DNA of 64,000 nt from Eledone cirrhosa (GCA_964016885.1 OZ024740.1:362142001-362206000); one strand, 5' to 3'; positions 26,949-41,482 are shown, numbered from the stretch's first letter. The notes: generated from the letters alone by a model not told the origin. Translations and numbers: made by a program.

Positions 26949-27080
26949 TGAAGGCATGTGACTTTGTGGATAGGGTATTTGGCTCATGATCGTAAGGTCG
27001 TGAGTTTGATTACCGGCAATACATTGTGTCCTTGAGCAAGATACTTTATTTCATGTTGCTTGAGTCCACTGGGAAAAAAA
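26949..27080 (+). mobile_element. tRNA-derived SINE family B, 5' part
   Basis: tgaaggcatgtg..gtgagtttgatt..ttgtgtccttgagcaagatacttt. Confidence 0.7.
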
Positions 27081-27407
27081 AAGTTGATCTCATCTTCGTA
27101 CAGAACAATTTTTATTTAATTGCTGATTAACAACACTAATTTCTAATAAATGGTGTGAGAAGTTTTCTGTTAGAAAGATGAGCAAACTTCTACAATTATG
27201 CACACTCATGGTTCGATGTTAAAAGTGTTGTTACTATTAAGTCTTTATATACATCTATCTAAGAACTTTTTATCACAATTTTATGTAAGAACATTATGTT
27301 CTATGAGAAAGAGTTATATTACTTAATTCCTTTGAATTCTTGAATATTTTCAAAATGAAGGGTTAATAATTTTAAAATTAAAATACTATTATTTTTCTAT
27401 ATTACAG

Positions 27408-27607
27408 CCAGAAAATATTATGTGTGAAACAAAGAAGAGCACACAAGTAAAAATTATAGATTTTGGTTTGGCTACAAAATTAAATCCTGATGAAATAGTG
27501 AAAGTTACAACAGCCACAGCAGAGTTTGCTGCTCCAGAAATTGTTGATAGGGAAGCTGTCGGTTTCTATACAGATATGTGGGCAGTTGGTGTACTTGCCT
27601 ATGTTTT
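27408..27607 (+). CDS. unc-22: twitchin kinase exon (PENIMC...DFG...APE...DMWAVG)
   Basis: tacag/gtaagt. Confidence 0.95.
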
Positions 27608-28329
27608 GTAAGTAAAATATTTCAATATTATAATAGAAATTATAATTTATGATAACGCATTTGATGTTAAAAAAGAAAAATCCTTTAAAACTTCATAACT
27701 AAATTCTAGAATGTCAAGCCTGTCATCCATCCATGGGCCCTTAATTCATGATGTAGTCAGAGGGGTGTTGTAATGATATACAGCACCCCTGGACATTCAA
27801 ATCTGGTGGAGCCCATCCCTCTCTAGAGCTGAACATAGCTAGCTGATTTCTTCTAGAGAAAGAGAGAGAGATTGGGACAGAGGAAGTGAGAATGTGATAT
27901 ATAGGAAGAATAATCCCTTGTAATGAATTGGTACTTTATTGACTTTGAAAGGATGAAAGGCAAGGTTGACCTCAGCAGGATTTGAACTCAGAGTGCAGAG
28001 AGCTGGAATGAATACCGTGAAGCATTCTTTCTATCCAATGCACTAAGGACTCTACAAATTCATCACCTAAATCTAATATTGATTATTAATAAAAAATCCA
28101 TTATTACATTTGATGGTATATAAATCCTTGCTTTTTTCCCTAAAGATGGCTAAAGATCTCATGGACTTAAATACAAAGTTGAGATAAATGGGAAAGTGGT
28201 CTTATATGTTGTCAAATTAAGTAATTACATCTCATAAAGTTAATGATGATTCTTAAGAGATTAATGGGTTTTTTTTTTTTACAAAAGTAGTTTCTTTATT
28301 TTGTCAACATAACTGTCATCATAATATTA

Positions 28330-28690
28330 CAAATAAAAAGAAAAAAAGAAAACAAAACACACAAGTAGGTAGATCCTAGATGTGTGCATCTAGGATCACA
28401 TACAACAAAAGGCAAGCAAAAGGGCTGGACAAACAAACCGCTACCAGAACAAAAGACGATATCGCGATGAGCACTGGAAAACCTCTCTAATAATTTTTGA
28501 AGCAAGCTAGCATGTTCGCAGTGTTACCTCAGGTGATGGTAAGGCTGATGCATTGGAACAGCCAAGCATCTTCACAGGCATCACCAATTACCTCAGTTAG
28601 GTGAACCACCAGGGAAGACAAGAACCTCGCAATTAGCAGACCAACTCCCCCAAACGTCTCGAACACCCCAGGCTGGAAATTAATTCTCTA
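28330..28690 (-). mobile_element. CRE-clade non-LTR 3' remnant
   Basis: Minus-strand FQPGVFETFGGVG..FLSSL..GDACEDAWLFQCISLTIT*GN; 11-bp stem-loop gatcctagatg/catctaggatc in the 3' UTR. Confidence 0.7.
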
Positions 28691-28821
28691 ATGCATACAT
28701 TACATTTATTTATTGACTTTATATGTTATATAAAGAGAAATTTTAGAAAGAAAGAAATAGGATTATTATTTAAAATTTTGGTGTATATCTTGGTATATTA
28801 AATATCTTTCTTTGTAAACAG

Positions 28822-28974
28822 GTTGAGTGGATTATCACCGTTTGCTGGGGAGGATGACTTGGAAACCCTACAGAATGTCAAAAGGTGTGATTGGGACTTT
28901 GATGAAGAAGCATTTGGTAATGTTTCTGCTGAAGCAAGAGATTTTATCAAAAAGCTTTTGCTTAGAAATCCATC
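28822..28974 (+). CDS. unc-22: twitchin kinase exon (LSGLSPFAGEDDLETL...LLRNP)
   Basis: aacag/gtaagt. Confidence 0.95.
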
Positions 28975-30059
28975 GTAAGTATTCACATGGTTTTAAAACA
29001 GTGTTACTCCCTCTGTTCATACCATCATTATATCATTATTATTTTATGCCCATCTTCCATGCTGGTATAAGTTGGATGGGTTGTCATAATCCAATGACAT
29101 TTTGTTCGTATGTTTGATATTTGGCATAGTTTCTATAGTTGAATGCCCTTGCTAAATTAACTCCTTTACAGAGTGTACCAGATGAATTTTTCCATGGCAC
29201 TTTATATATGTCCTTTCTGTCACCAACCAATATAAATCACAAGTGTAAAAATCAAGAAATTCTATAATAGGTCACACAAATCATTGCAAAGATAAGTCCG
29301 CTATTTCATTTTGCTCTGTAAATAGTTAAATAATTGAAGATCTCAAATGTTTGACAACTATTAATTATTAGATGTAGCCCTAACAGAGCATGGTGCAAAA
29401 TAGAGCATATTTGGAAGCATAAAATATGTTTATATATAATAAATATATCTAATCTCCATGTCAGTATTTCAAGCTGTGGTCATATCATAGCTACCCCAGT
29501 AACCATTTCAGAATGCCAATTACATGCATTTTAGGACTTTTAATCCATTATCAGAGATGCTTGCTCACATAGTACTGATGGAGAGAAGCTATTGCTATTA
29601 TATACAGATCTTACAAATAATACATTCTTGATGATGGCTTACTTGAATATAGTGTTGGCTTGACAAGATAATATTAATTATTGACATTCATCTTTTCTTA
29701 TATTTATCTAAAGAATGTCCATCATGTTTTGTAAAACCTTTAAGTTATGCTCTAAATAGCAGCTTATCTATTTCAATATCAAACTGCCTGATATTACCAT
29801 TGGTTTCAAAATACAAAATAAAAATGTTTATATTCATCTAAAAATTTTCATCATAATTTTATGTAAAAGCCTTAAGTTATGTTCCAAATAGCAGATTAGT
29901 AATATTACTAAATTTCTCCAAACTATAGATTATTTCGAAAATTGTTTGAAAAATATAAGCAGTGTTTTCCATTAGAAATATGGTGTTGAGAGGCAATTTC
30001 TTTCTACGGCAGGATTTTTGATGCTATGACTCAAACTCATAAACAAGTGTTAACCAATC

Positions 30060-30358
30060 TCTGGTAATAGAAGAACTTGGGTATCAGTGAAAATATAACT
30101 ATATGTTGAACATCCATCAATTCTGATAATGAGTTGATATGATCAATGAAACAGCATGCTCATGAAATTAATGTGCAAGGCTTGAGCATTCCACAGGCAC
30201 TTAACATAGAACCCATAACATACATTTTTGGAAGATTCAGCGTGATACAATGTTTGACAATGCTGGCCCCTTTGAATTAGTGGTATAACTCGAGAATTGA
30301 ACTCACAACTTTCTGATCATGAGCCAAACACCCTAACCGCTAAGCCATGTGCCTTCAC
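30060..30358 (-). mobile_element. tRNA-headed SINE (family B head)
   Basis: Reverse complement begins gtgaaggcacatggcttagcggttagggtg..gtgagttcaattc. Confidence 0.7.
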
Positions 30359-30456
30359 ATAGCTAAATATACCATTAATATAACTATGAAATTAAATATG
30401 ATGACATAATCTCCAGTATTCAGATATATTCATTGACTTTATTTGATACTTTACAG

Positions 30457-30502
30457 GAAAAGATTAACTGTTCATGAAGCAATTGATCATGCCTGGCTGA
30501 AG
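30457..30502 (+). CDS. unc-22: twitchin kinase exon, end of catalytic core (KRLTVHEAIDHAWLK)
   Basis: tacag/gtaagt; ends in phase 0. Confidence 0.93.
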
Positions 30503-33500
30503 GTAAGTGGCACATTCAGTATTTGGAAAGGCAATATAACATATCAGCATACAGTTTTAGATATGACTTATATTATATTTATCCATTTATAATGTGTATT
30601 AATTATTATATATAATAGAGATATTTTTCAGTGGGATCAAGTTTGATTTTGAATTTAAAAAAATTCAAAATGGATGTTATGAAATTAAATAATCATTCAA
30701 ATATATTTGAACCATTAAGCATATTTAACTTCCATGAAAATTCCATAAATAGTGTGGAATAATAGCAGCAGGATATCAATATCCTATTTAAATATCATAA
30801 TGCATACTAACTATTTTATTTCATATATATTTAGTATGGATGCTTTCATTATGTACTTGGCATGTTCATTGTTTAATAATGGAAAATATATATCATGTCA
30901 TGTCTCATAAATAGACAATTAAGTTTGGCCTCAGGTAGTGATTAGCTCTGTAAATCATCTATATATGTATATATATAAATAAGTTTTAAAAATTATGAAA
31001 AGTTTTCTTCAAAAACATTATTTTAAATACTTGTAATTAAGAATGGAGGTTACAAACCTTACACTAGCAGTAAAATCCCATAAAGAAACAAATCTGAGCA
31101 CATTAGATTTTCATTATGTCTCTGAAAAGGAATTTATTCACAACTCCCTATTCTCTAAATGTTAATATGCTTTAGACGTTATGCCTATGTCAAAATAAAT
31201 TATATTTATATATTAACAAATACAGTAATATGCACATATTAATGATAACCCTTGTAAATATATCTAAGTTTCAAAAACACTTTCAAAACATTAAAGTATT
31301 CTAAAGATTAAAAAATGTAAGAAAAGATATATTGATGATATAAATAAAGTTTGAGAGAGAAAGAAGGTAGCTTTTATCTATAGGTTTTTCTACATATATA
31401 TTAAAATTCAGATTTGAAAGATAAATAAATATTCATTCTTTAGAAGTTACTGAAATTTAATTTGGTTAAATTTCATAAACAAATAACATTTCAAATATTT
31501 GTATAACTGTATTGTAGATTGAGAGTATAGATGAGCAAAATCAATAGGTTAGGGAATAACTAGCTGTGAGGTTGGCAGTTGATATTCTGTCACCAACATA
31601 GAGTACTGGGGTCGATTTAATCGACTTACCCCTCCCCTTCAAATTGCTGGCCTTGTGCCTAAAGTAGAAACAATTATTAAAAAAAGTAATTAATCCATCC
31701 ATCAATTGGTTAATCAAATATGGAGTAAAATTGAAGTAAAAATAGAGAGGAAGTACAGAAGGCAAAATATTATTGATAAAGTCACAGACTGTGATGTATG
31801 AGCTTTGACAATTAAATGATTAGTTGATTGGTTCATTAACCACTCAATTGATGGATAGATGAATTACCTGATTAATTATAAAAACTGAAGTGAAAATCAA
31901 CTGGTGTACATATTTTAATTAGCAGCATGGCCCTACCAAAGTATAACAATGTCTCAACATCATTAATCTTGGAAAATAAATACAAAAATTAAGTATAATT
32001 ATTTTGATATTTTGTACAAATGTCTGTTATTCTTGAAGTTATAAAGAAAAATAAGTATCAGGTTAAAATAAGTGGCAAATTAATGAGGGCTGATTGAGCT
32101 GTAGCCAAGGTTCCCAAATTATTATTTCTTTTACCATAAATAATATGTAAGGGCTTTGATTAAAATTTCAGCTAGTGAATCCAAGCAAGTTTATTTTGCT
32201 TCTGGTTAATTAGACAATAAGAAACTATTCAATTTTTTTTTAATGAGAAATTCACTACCTGAAAGCCAAAATAATTCATAAAAACATTCTCATTGTCATC
32301 CACATGCAACTAATGATTATTAGCTTGTTTCATTCACCCAAAAATGTTCATCAGTTATTCAGTGTGTTGCATGCTGATGACAGACCAAAACATACATGAA
32401 ATAAATGGAGGACATATGAACATCAGAGTTAACATAATATGATACACAATATAAAATGTTATCTTTTTATAAAATGGACTTTTATTTTATTAACTTCCTT
32501 TATTCTATTTAGATGAAAATATATGACTGTTTTAAGTATTATTATCTTTCACGCAATCTGTTTCATATATACTCAAAGTTATTAATGAATTTATATAATG
32601 TATTAATGTATAGGCATTTCAGGGTAATATAAAGAGAACATATATTATAACAGCATTAGTTAAGATTTATTTTTAAATATAAAATTGAAGGAGATACTGT
32701 ATATTTTATATCCTTAACATACTGTATAATAGCTATATTTTATATACCTAATATACACTATAATGTTTATATTGTTCTTATTTATCATCTTTATATTGAT
32801 ATCCGTTAATAGATCTGATTGACTTCACTAAATTTTAAAATGTGAGATATTTTGAAATTAAAGAATTTGCTAAATTTTCTCATTAATCTCAGAAAAAAAT
32901 ATGACAGTGAAGGCAATTTCAAATCACAGTAAATAATGTGCATTACTATGCAATCGTCAAATAAAATAGATAGGAGTTTTACTTCATGATAAAAAAAAGG
33001 TTATTGTTATTCATTAGTTCAAGAAGAGTGAAGAATAGTGTTGACTTATTGACGGTCATGTTGTCAATGTTTAATTTAATATATTGCAAGTTAGCAGTTG
33101 AAGAAATACATTTCTGGTAAAGAAGAAATAGGTTCATTAGTGCAGGGTCTTGAAAAAGAAACACATTAAATGTGCCAGGTGGAGAAGAGGAAAGTCCATT
33201 GTATAGATAGGTTGGAAGTGACATAAAGATTAGAATGACCTGCTATTGGTAAACAAAGCACAAAGTTTGATTATTTGTGTTGAGTGTTGATGGCTCCAAG
33301 GAAGAAAAATTAATTTTTGTGGTAGTCTTTACAATGTAGGATATACATAATAGGTTATCAGTAATTGTTAAGCCAGTGACAAGAGTGTAAATGTTTAAAC
33401 CAGGTAGTTTGAATGTGACAAATGCAGTGCTAAGGATTGGTTTCTTTAATATATATTTACCTGTGTTTTAGAGATTTTGAATGAGTCTATATTGTCAAAA

Positions 33501-34686
33501 TTCCTACAGTTAAATATTGAATATGCAGGCCTGAATAATTGCTAAGAATTTGGAAAGTATGGAAATCGATAATGGTAAACTTTTTGTTAGATTGTAGACA
33601 GAAATATTAAATGATAACCAATATACATTTTTAAATATCAGATAAATAAATATAAAAAAATAATAGTTTTTATCTGATCTTTAGTGAGTTTATAATAAAT
33701 TTAGTTGATTAAAATACATTTATAGTTGAAAGGAATAACATGATTTTTTCCTATTTTCTTCTGACCTAATTATTGCTAATTCATTTTACAATTTAAGATG
33801 AAATTACCTAAAGAACAGAGCTACCTACAATCCATAGGTTTTTATCATGTACACTATACTGATTCACCATAGACCCACCCTAAATCTCCACTACTGTTTG
33901 TACTTATTTGTTGTACATTCAATTCTCTATTCCAACGAGATGAAGTAGACTAATGATTAAGAATCATATTCCATATATTAATACCAATGAAGCAATTGCT
34001 AAAAAGCTCTTGAAACCATTGATTGCCTAAAACAATGTGAATCTTTTTTCTATCCTATCATCCTTTTAATATTCATTTTCCCCTGCTGGCATTAATTAGA
34101 CTAGTTTTATTACCACTCATATTGACCCTGTGGTGTCTCAACAATGAAGTCCAACATTTTGAGATCATATCCCATAACATCTTTGGCTTTTCTCTGCTAC
34201 AGACATCTTCTATTGTCAGAACATGGCATTTTCCCATCCTTTGCTTATCATCCATTACCATCACATATCTGTTACAGTGATGTCATTTCTCTTCAGCTGA
34301 TGACTTGAATGCCTAACCTATTTCTCACCTCACATATGCCTGGCTTATTATACAAATAAATGTAGCATATTTAATTGATCATACACAGCTCATTTGTCTT
34401 CAGCCTGTGCAGCTTCAAAGCTTACTATGTATATTTATGTAAAAGTCGATCCCATATTTTTTGCCAAAAATTTGGATTTCTTCAAAAAGTTGACCCCACT
34501 TCTATATGGAAAATAGTTCAACATTAGTGAATCAAGGTATTATCCTGAAAATAAATATTATGATGAGGATATTCATTTTTCATTGCTATTTTGTTTTGAT
34601 GTAATCAAATTGAAATATTTATAAGGACTTGTTTTGGTAGTAGGAAATGTGTTTTAATGTGTAGAAACATCCGTATTATTACTGAA

Positions 34687-34880
34687 GGGTGGTGGATTGG
34701 CAGTATCGGTAGAGGGTCGGACGCCATGCTTTCCAGCATAGTTACGTCCCTTTACGATCTGAGTTCAAATCCCGCCGAGGTTGACTTTACCTTTCATCCT
34801 TACGGGGTCGATAAAATAAAGTACCAGTAATGCACTGGGTAATTGCTGGCCTTGTGCCTAAAGTAGAAACAATTATTACT
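34687..34880 (+). mobile_element. SINE family A, full length
   Basis: Matches family consensus; attattactg at both flanks. Confidence 0.9.
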
Positions 34881-37800
34881 GTAGTTCATTTTTTTGTTTT
34901 TAATTCATTTAGAGATTGTTTAAGCTTTTATTTATTGATACAGAATTTTAGATTCCAATGTAAATTTCAGTACCTCATAAGTAACAACCAGATTATAGTT
35001 ACCTCCACAAATCTTCCCCAAAAAATATTTTTAGAAATTCGACTTTTACATGAGTATATACAGTGTGTCTCTCAAAGGAAAATGAAGCCTAATGTGGATT
35101 TGAAAAAAAATTGATGAAAAAAAATGAAACCATTTCATTTGAGAAATATCTTTAACGAAGCACATAAAAAATGATCAGCAGGGGATTTAGATTGAATAGG
35201 ATAACCTATTTACAACTTCGCACAATCTCTCAAAACATGGCCTGCTCACACTTGGTCTGCTCTAAAATACCCTTCCCTTTTTTGTACACTCATGTGTTGT
35301 ACTTCCAATTCAAATTCTTTATCCTAACATGTTAGATTGTTTATTTTAATTTGACACGTATCCTAACAATTTCTTCACTGTCCAATTTCTTTAACTCTTT
35401 TGATACCAGCCTGACCAAAACTAGCTCTGGTTCTATGAAACAAAACTACCTATTTTAAAAGATTCCTTTTTAAATTTAAATCTTCCAACATTATCTTATA
35501 TAATTTACCATCTTAGTAATGAAATAATCATTTTAGTAAATTTCTCAACATGTTTCATTAATTAGTTGAAAAAAAGCGTGTTTCATTAGAAATACTGTCA
35601 TAAAAAAGTTAGCAGTAATTTCTGGCTTTACTTTAACTCATACTATCAATATTTTAATATCTTGTTCATTCTTTCCTCATCAAAAATCTTATAGTTATAA
35701 TCTAATTTATTCCATTAAGTTGTTAGACTTTATTTTCTGCGAAGTATTGTATCTTCTTTCAGACAACATTTAAACCTGCCTCTCACTGAACTAGAAAGTC
35801 TATATTCTCCACTAGAATTCATCATCTTCATGATTAATATTAGTTCTCTTTCATGCTGGCATGGGTTGGATGTGTTGTCATGGTCCAAGATCAGAAGGAT
35901 CAGAGCTACCAATCTTGCTTGTTACATTTCATATTTGTCATGGGTTCTATGGTTGGATGTCCTTCCTAATACCAACCACCTTACAGGGTATGCTGGGTGC
36001 ATTTTCATGTCACCAGAACTACCATTTACAGAGTGAACTGGGTTCATTTTACTATGATACCTACACTAACACTTTACAGGGTGTATTGTGCACATGCTAT
36101 CATGGCACCAGCGGTAGAAAGTTTGTTACATGCTAGAAGTGTCCTCTGAAATCCTATACTGTTCTGTTTGATTTTGATTGCAAAACACTGCAGACTCCAT
36201 TCTCTCAACCCATTTACTTTCAGTAAAGTACAATTGAAATATTCCTTAGCAGTAAAGTAGCTAAAAAGTATTTTATTATTTCATTCAAGGTATATAATTT
36301 CAATCAGTATAGACTTGTTATTTTTGAAGATGTTTAATACTAGATGTACCTTTATTGTAAAATGATTCAATCAGATAAGCAAGAAAATGCTCATCAATTT
36401 TCAGTGATTCTTCTACTCATAACATTAGATAGACTCTACTAAATTCTTAAGATAACAACTTACTTAATTTGATGTCTTTATTATTGGATTAACCTTTGCT
36501 GATTCAGGCAAATTCTAGTGGTTATTTTAGTTTTAAAAAGTAGGACAGTCTACTATGCAGTCATTCTCTCATTTTAACCCTTTTTCACTACCCCTCTTCT
36601 CTTTCATATTACTTGATTATTGCCAGATACATTTAAAAAAATATTTAGTTAGAGGAAAATGGATGGAGCCCATGAACTTTGAGGCCTCCCTCCCAAGTTA
36701 GTTTAACTGATGCGATTGATGTGTAGGATTGATGGCTGTAGGAAAAATGTAAGTAGAGAGGGAATTTCAGATGGAATCAGGTCAGATGAGGAGGGATTGC
36801 ACAAAATATTCAGTGTGAAACACAGTCCAAATAATGAGGCAAAAACAGGCAGGTGCATCAGATGAACTTGAGTAGGGTAGAGTATATCTTCTTAGCCATT
36901 ATAATAATGATATATGTGGAAGAGACTAGAAACATAGCATCTGTGAGTTAATTGTGCATTGTTATGTGAGTAAATTATCAATCACCTAGATGGCATTTTT
37001 GTATTGAAATGTGGAAGTGTGGTGTGTTTTTGTAGTAACAGCTGTTTGTGTAGTAGCAGCACACCATCATAGGTATATAAGGAGTACCATATGGGTCACA
37101 CTTTAGCTACAAATACGTAGTTAGATCAATTTTGAAGTTTAATAATGAATTTAGGGCCATGCAGTCACTGCAATGTGTTTGCATGTAAGATAATTATGTG
37201 GTCATCATCAGGGTTAATGAAGCTAAGCAATTTCAGTGTCTTTGAAAGATTAAGTTGTGTGTTGTTTATGTGTAGGAAGCATGGTGTGCAAAACTATTTC
37301 CTTGATATGAATAGTAATTTTGTCTCAGAGCTGGTGAAGTCAACCAAGTTATCATGTCTATATTGTCAGTGTTTTTAGGCTGATGTTCATGTAATCAGTA
37401 AGTGTGAGGGGTCTAGGTTGCGTGGAGAACACTTGTAGGAGGGTAAGAAGGAGTAGAAAGTGTTATCATCTATGTAAGAATGTGAGTGATTAGAAGTAAC
37501 AGCAAGAAAGTTATTATTCTCAGAAAAAAGAGTATGTAAGGTAATAAAGTCCTAAGAGATAGCAAAATCTGGGGTTGATAATGTATGGGCAGAAACAATT
37601 TTTCAAAGTGCACTACAATGGAGTGGTTAACAAGAAACCCATGGTCAAGAGATTATAGATAAATGGAATCTATAGGTACATATTTATCCAGCAGCTTCCC
37701 ATAGCAGTCATGGTTGAAGGATTTTCTGATGTCAATAGAAACAAAATTGATTTTGCTAAAGCTCTTATGGGCAAGAGATCACCTTGAAGGGAAGTGAAGC

Positions 37801-38782
37801 ATCAGAGGAAACTCGAAACATTAGTTGCAAGGACCACAAAGTCCAACTGTATTGCATAGCATGCAGTTGGGATTTTCACAGTGACTTCAGGTGAGCCTCT
37901 CAATATGCTGTGCATTGTCAACTGAGTGAACAGAGGATACCGGTTTATGCACCATGAGATAAGGTGCCCTCCTCAAGCATTACTGATTATTTGGTCCCCC
38001 TGTACCCAGTGAATAAGATTGTACAAAGAAAACGTTTCCACTGATAGTCTCTGACAATCATTATGATGAACATGGGAGAATGTAGAAGGAAGCAGTAATT
38101 TAAAAGACTGCATTATCTCCAAAATGATGACAGAGTAAGTCATATTAAAGGAACCTAAAGGCCATTGGTGTTGTAAAAATAGATTTGATAGGTCTTCTCC
38201 ACCAGAAAACAATTTACTGCTTTTAAAGTTACAAATTTTATAGATTTTATAAGCATGTAGGAAATGTAATTACATAATAAAACCTAATAATGTAGAAATT
38301 ACTTGTCTTATCTATTGAATAGACTCTGATTCTATGAAACAAAACCATTCATTTTAAAGGACTCCTATTTAATTCAAAATCTTCCAATATAATTTTAGAT
38401 AAGAGCCATATATTACGTTACTATCTTAGTAATAAATTGCTTAATGATTTTAGTAAATCCCTCACAATTCATCATTAATTAAGTGAAATAGAGTATATAT
38501 AAATAAAAATTCATTCATGAAAGGGTTAATATAAGTAGCACTAACTCAAGTGTCACAAAAACTTTGCTTAGATCAAATAATTATATTGTTTCATCAATGG
38601 GCTCAATCATATTATTATATGCAATAAAACCACAAATAGAAAAATGGATATTCTTAAATAAATAATTTATTGAAAATGACTGAAGGTTTAAACAGTGTAG
38701 AAAATGGAAATAGAATATAAAACTAAACTAAATCAATCAGCAATTTCTACAACATGGAAAATCTCCATCATAAATTGATATA

Positions 38783-38863
38783 TAGAGGGTGTCCCCCAAA
38801 ATGTATACACACTTCAATATCATTCTAAGAAAAATGTGGATATATTTTTTAGGACACCTTGTA
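38783..38863. mobile_element. Tc1/mariner-like mini-MITE
   Basis: TA-gagggtgtcc...ggacaccttg-TA termini; palindromic interior. Confidence 0.6.
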
Positions 38864-39000
38864 TATACAATTAGTAATTATAAAGGTGTATATGTACACA
38901 TATAGAGTATATCTATGTATAATATACATACTTATAGTCTCAATGTGAATATTTTAAGCTGTGATTAGATCACAGCTACCTCAAAATTTATGTGGGAGCA

Positions 39001-39050
39001 CTGGATACTGATGTTTCAGAAACTCCTATTTCTTCATCAGCAGATACTTA
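39001..39050 (-). ncRNA. hammerhead-like motif (stem I degenerate)
   Basis: CTGATGA-AGAAA-taggag-TTTCT-GAAAC-atca-GTA. Confidence 0.5.
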
Positions 39051-39519
39051 CTCATTATGAAGTATTGAGATATTGGAAGCAAGTAGTGCAGGTTTGACAG
39101 GCTATTACTAATTAACAGTGTCACTAACATGGTATAGTTGAGAATACAATTGTATAGGTACACATATGCAGGTTGTTTTTTTATAAAAATTAGTACTTAA
39201 TATTATTTAATACTTAATCTAAATGTCAGTGCGCAAAACAAATTAGAAACTGGTTAGTCTAAAATGATTTCAAAAAGTTGGCTTTGCAATGTTAGATAAT
39301 TAAAAATGTTTTGATTTTTCATTTAAACAAATAAATATATATATATATATATATATATAGTGGTAGAACACTGGAAGGTAATATCCATAGGGGTAGAGCA
39401 CTCAGTCCATGGGACAAGTTAGGTAGAAGTGGTTAAACAACTGTTAGTTCACCATACCGAGAAGAATTGTTTCACCTTAGCGGATCCTCAGCTCGAAATG
39501 GACATGGTTATACCGAACA

Positions 39520-39561
<42 letters not shown>

Positions 39562-39562
39562 G

Positions 39563-39597
<35 letters not shown>

Positions 39598-39598
39598 G

Positions 39599-39641
<43 letters not shown>

Positions 39642-39664
39642 GTATATATATATATATGTATATG

Positions 39665-39697
<33 letters not shown>

Positions 39698-39740
39698 GTA
39701 TATGTATATATATATAAATATGTATATATATATATGTATA

Positions 39741-39922
39741 TATTTATTAAAATAACAGATTAAAGTTTAAGCAAAGAATCGCTGCTTGCACCCTTAACCG
39801 ATTCTTTGCTTAAACTTTAATCTGTTATTTTAATAAATATTTGCTCTAGGGTTCTTATATATTTTATATATATTTATCCTTATCGAGCCCTCTTTGGATT
39901 TTAGTCTTCAAATTTATTATTA
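39741..39922 (+). mobile_element. hairpin-capped short element family P1
   Basis: ~42-bp inverted arms followed by a unique tail; second copy at 53180-53378. Confidence 0.75.
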
Positions 39923-39923
39923 T

Positions 39924-39979
<56 letters not shown>

Positions 39980-40140
39980 TTCATTTAAATATATATATAT
40001 ATATATATATATATTTATTTATTTCATTTAAATATATATATATATATATACAAAGTTAAGTGCTCCTCAGGGCTGTATTCATAGAACTGAATACACTAAA
40101 ATTCATGGGACCCTGCAAGGATTAGGGGTGCATATACGTA

Positions 40141-40177
<37 letters not shown>

Positions 40178-40261
40178 ATGTATATGTATGTATATGTATA
40201 TATATATATATATATCCATGTATATGTATGTATATATGTATATATATAAATATATATATAT

Positions 40262-40580
40262 ATCTATCTGTCTAAGGCGGGTAAAATTCCCGAGATCCAT
40301 GGACGAGTTCTATGCAGCGGTCTCTGTCCCTCATTATCGCTGCCATGTCCTGCATCTCCAACAGACCAGTGCCTGTCCTTAGGGCATCAACATACATACA
40401 CTGAGGATGAAAAACTCAGAGCTGTATGGGAGCATCCCAAAAGTCAGCTCAAAAGTGACACAGAGGAGACTGAGGTTGGCTGGACATGCTCACCGACATC
40501 CAGAGTTGACATTGCACTCAGTGCTCCTGTGGGAGCCCCTACATGGACACACTAGAAGAGGAAGACCAAGGTTAACGTAT
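40262..40580 (-). mobile_element. RTE-type LINE 3' fragment with internal inversion
   Basis: Plus strand: [25 protein letters not shown]. Minus strand (40262-40380) gives the continuation [19 protein letters not shown]. Confidence 0.75.
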
Positions 40581-41084
40581 ATATATATATATATATATGT
40601 ATGTATATATATATGTATATATATAAATATATATATATATGTATGTATATATATATGTATATATATATAAATATATGTATATATATATGTATGTATATAT
40701 ATATGTATATATATATAAATATATGTATATATATATGTATGTATATATATATATGTATATATAAATATATGTATATATATATATATGTATATATATATAA
40801 ATATATATGTATGTATATATATATGAATGTATATATATGTATGTATGTATATGTATGTATGTATATGTATGTATATATATATATGTATGTATATATATAT
40901 GTATGTATATATATATATATATGTATATATATATGTATGTATATATATATATATGTGTATATATATGTATATATATATATGTATATATATATATGTATAT
41001 ATATATGTATATATGTATGTATAGATATATATGTATATATATATATGTATATATATATGTATATATATATATATATGTATGTAC

Positions 41085-41121
<37 letters not shown>

Positions 41122-41269
41122 TGTATGTATATATATATATGTATGTATATATATATGTATGTATATATATATATGTATGTATATATATATGTATGTATAT
41201 ATAGGTATGTATATATATGTATGTATATATAGGTATGTATATATATGTATGTATGTATATATAGGTATG

Positions 41270-41325
<56 letters not shown>

Positions 41326-41350
41326 TGTTGGCAGCCACCATATTTATATG

Positions 41351-41431
<81 letters not shown>

Positions 41432-41441
41432 GTATGTATAT

Positions 41442-41482
<41 letters not shown>

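Larger units (their letters stand above)
105..30502 (+). other. unc-22: Twitchin gene, partial (24 exons; Fn3/Ig repeats and kinase catalytic core); extends beyond both ends
   Basis: 24 GT-AG exons with matching phases sum to 3795 nt without stops. Domain order and linker/kinase sequence (INDYDKFYEDIWKKYVPQPVE...GSGAFG...VAK...HLDIKPEN...DFG...TTATAEFAAPE...HAWLK) closely resemble molluscan twitchin kinase as I recall it. Confidence 0.96.

Noticed and set aside
25073-27607. Pseudokinase or titin/MLCK identity
   Set aside because: VAK lysine, HLD aspartate, DFG and APE are intact; the linker sequence and domain order fit twitchin.
32340-32430. CTGATGA at ~32374 and possible acceptors as a hammerhead or exon
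   Set aside because: No stem II/GAAA geometry; phase-0 readings stop within a few codons.
36700-38220. Possible ancient RT remnant (also 32980-33420)
   Set aside because: Only vague motifs; no frame could be reconstructed by eye.
40050-40130. Minus-strand CTGAGGA next to a TA array
   Set aside because: Truncated with no GAAA box; cannot be supported.
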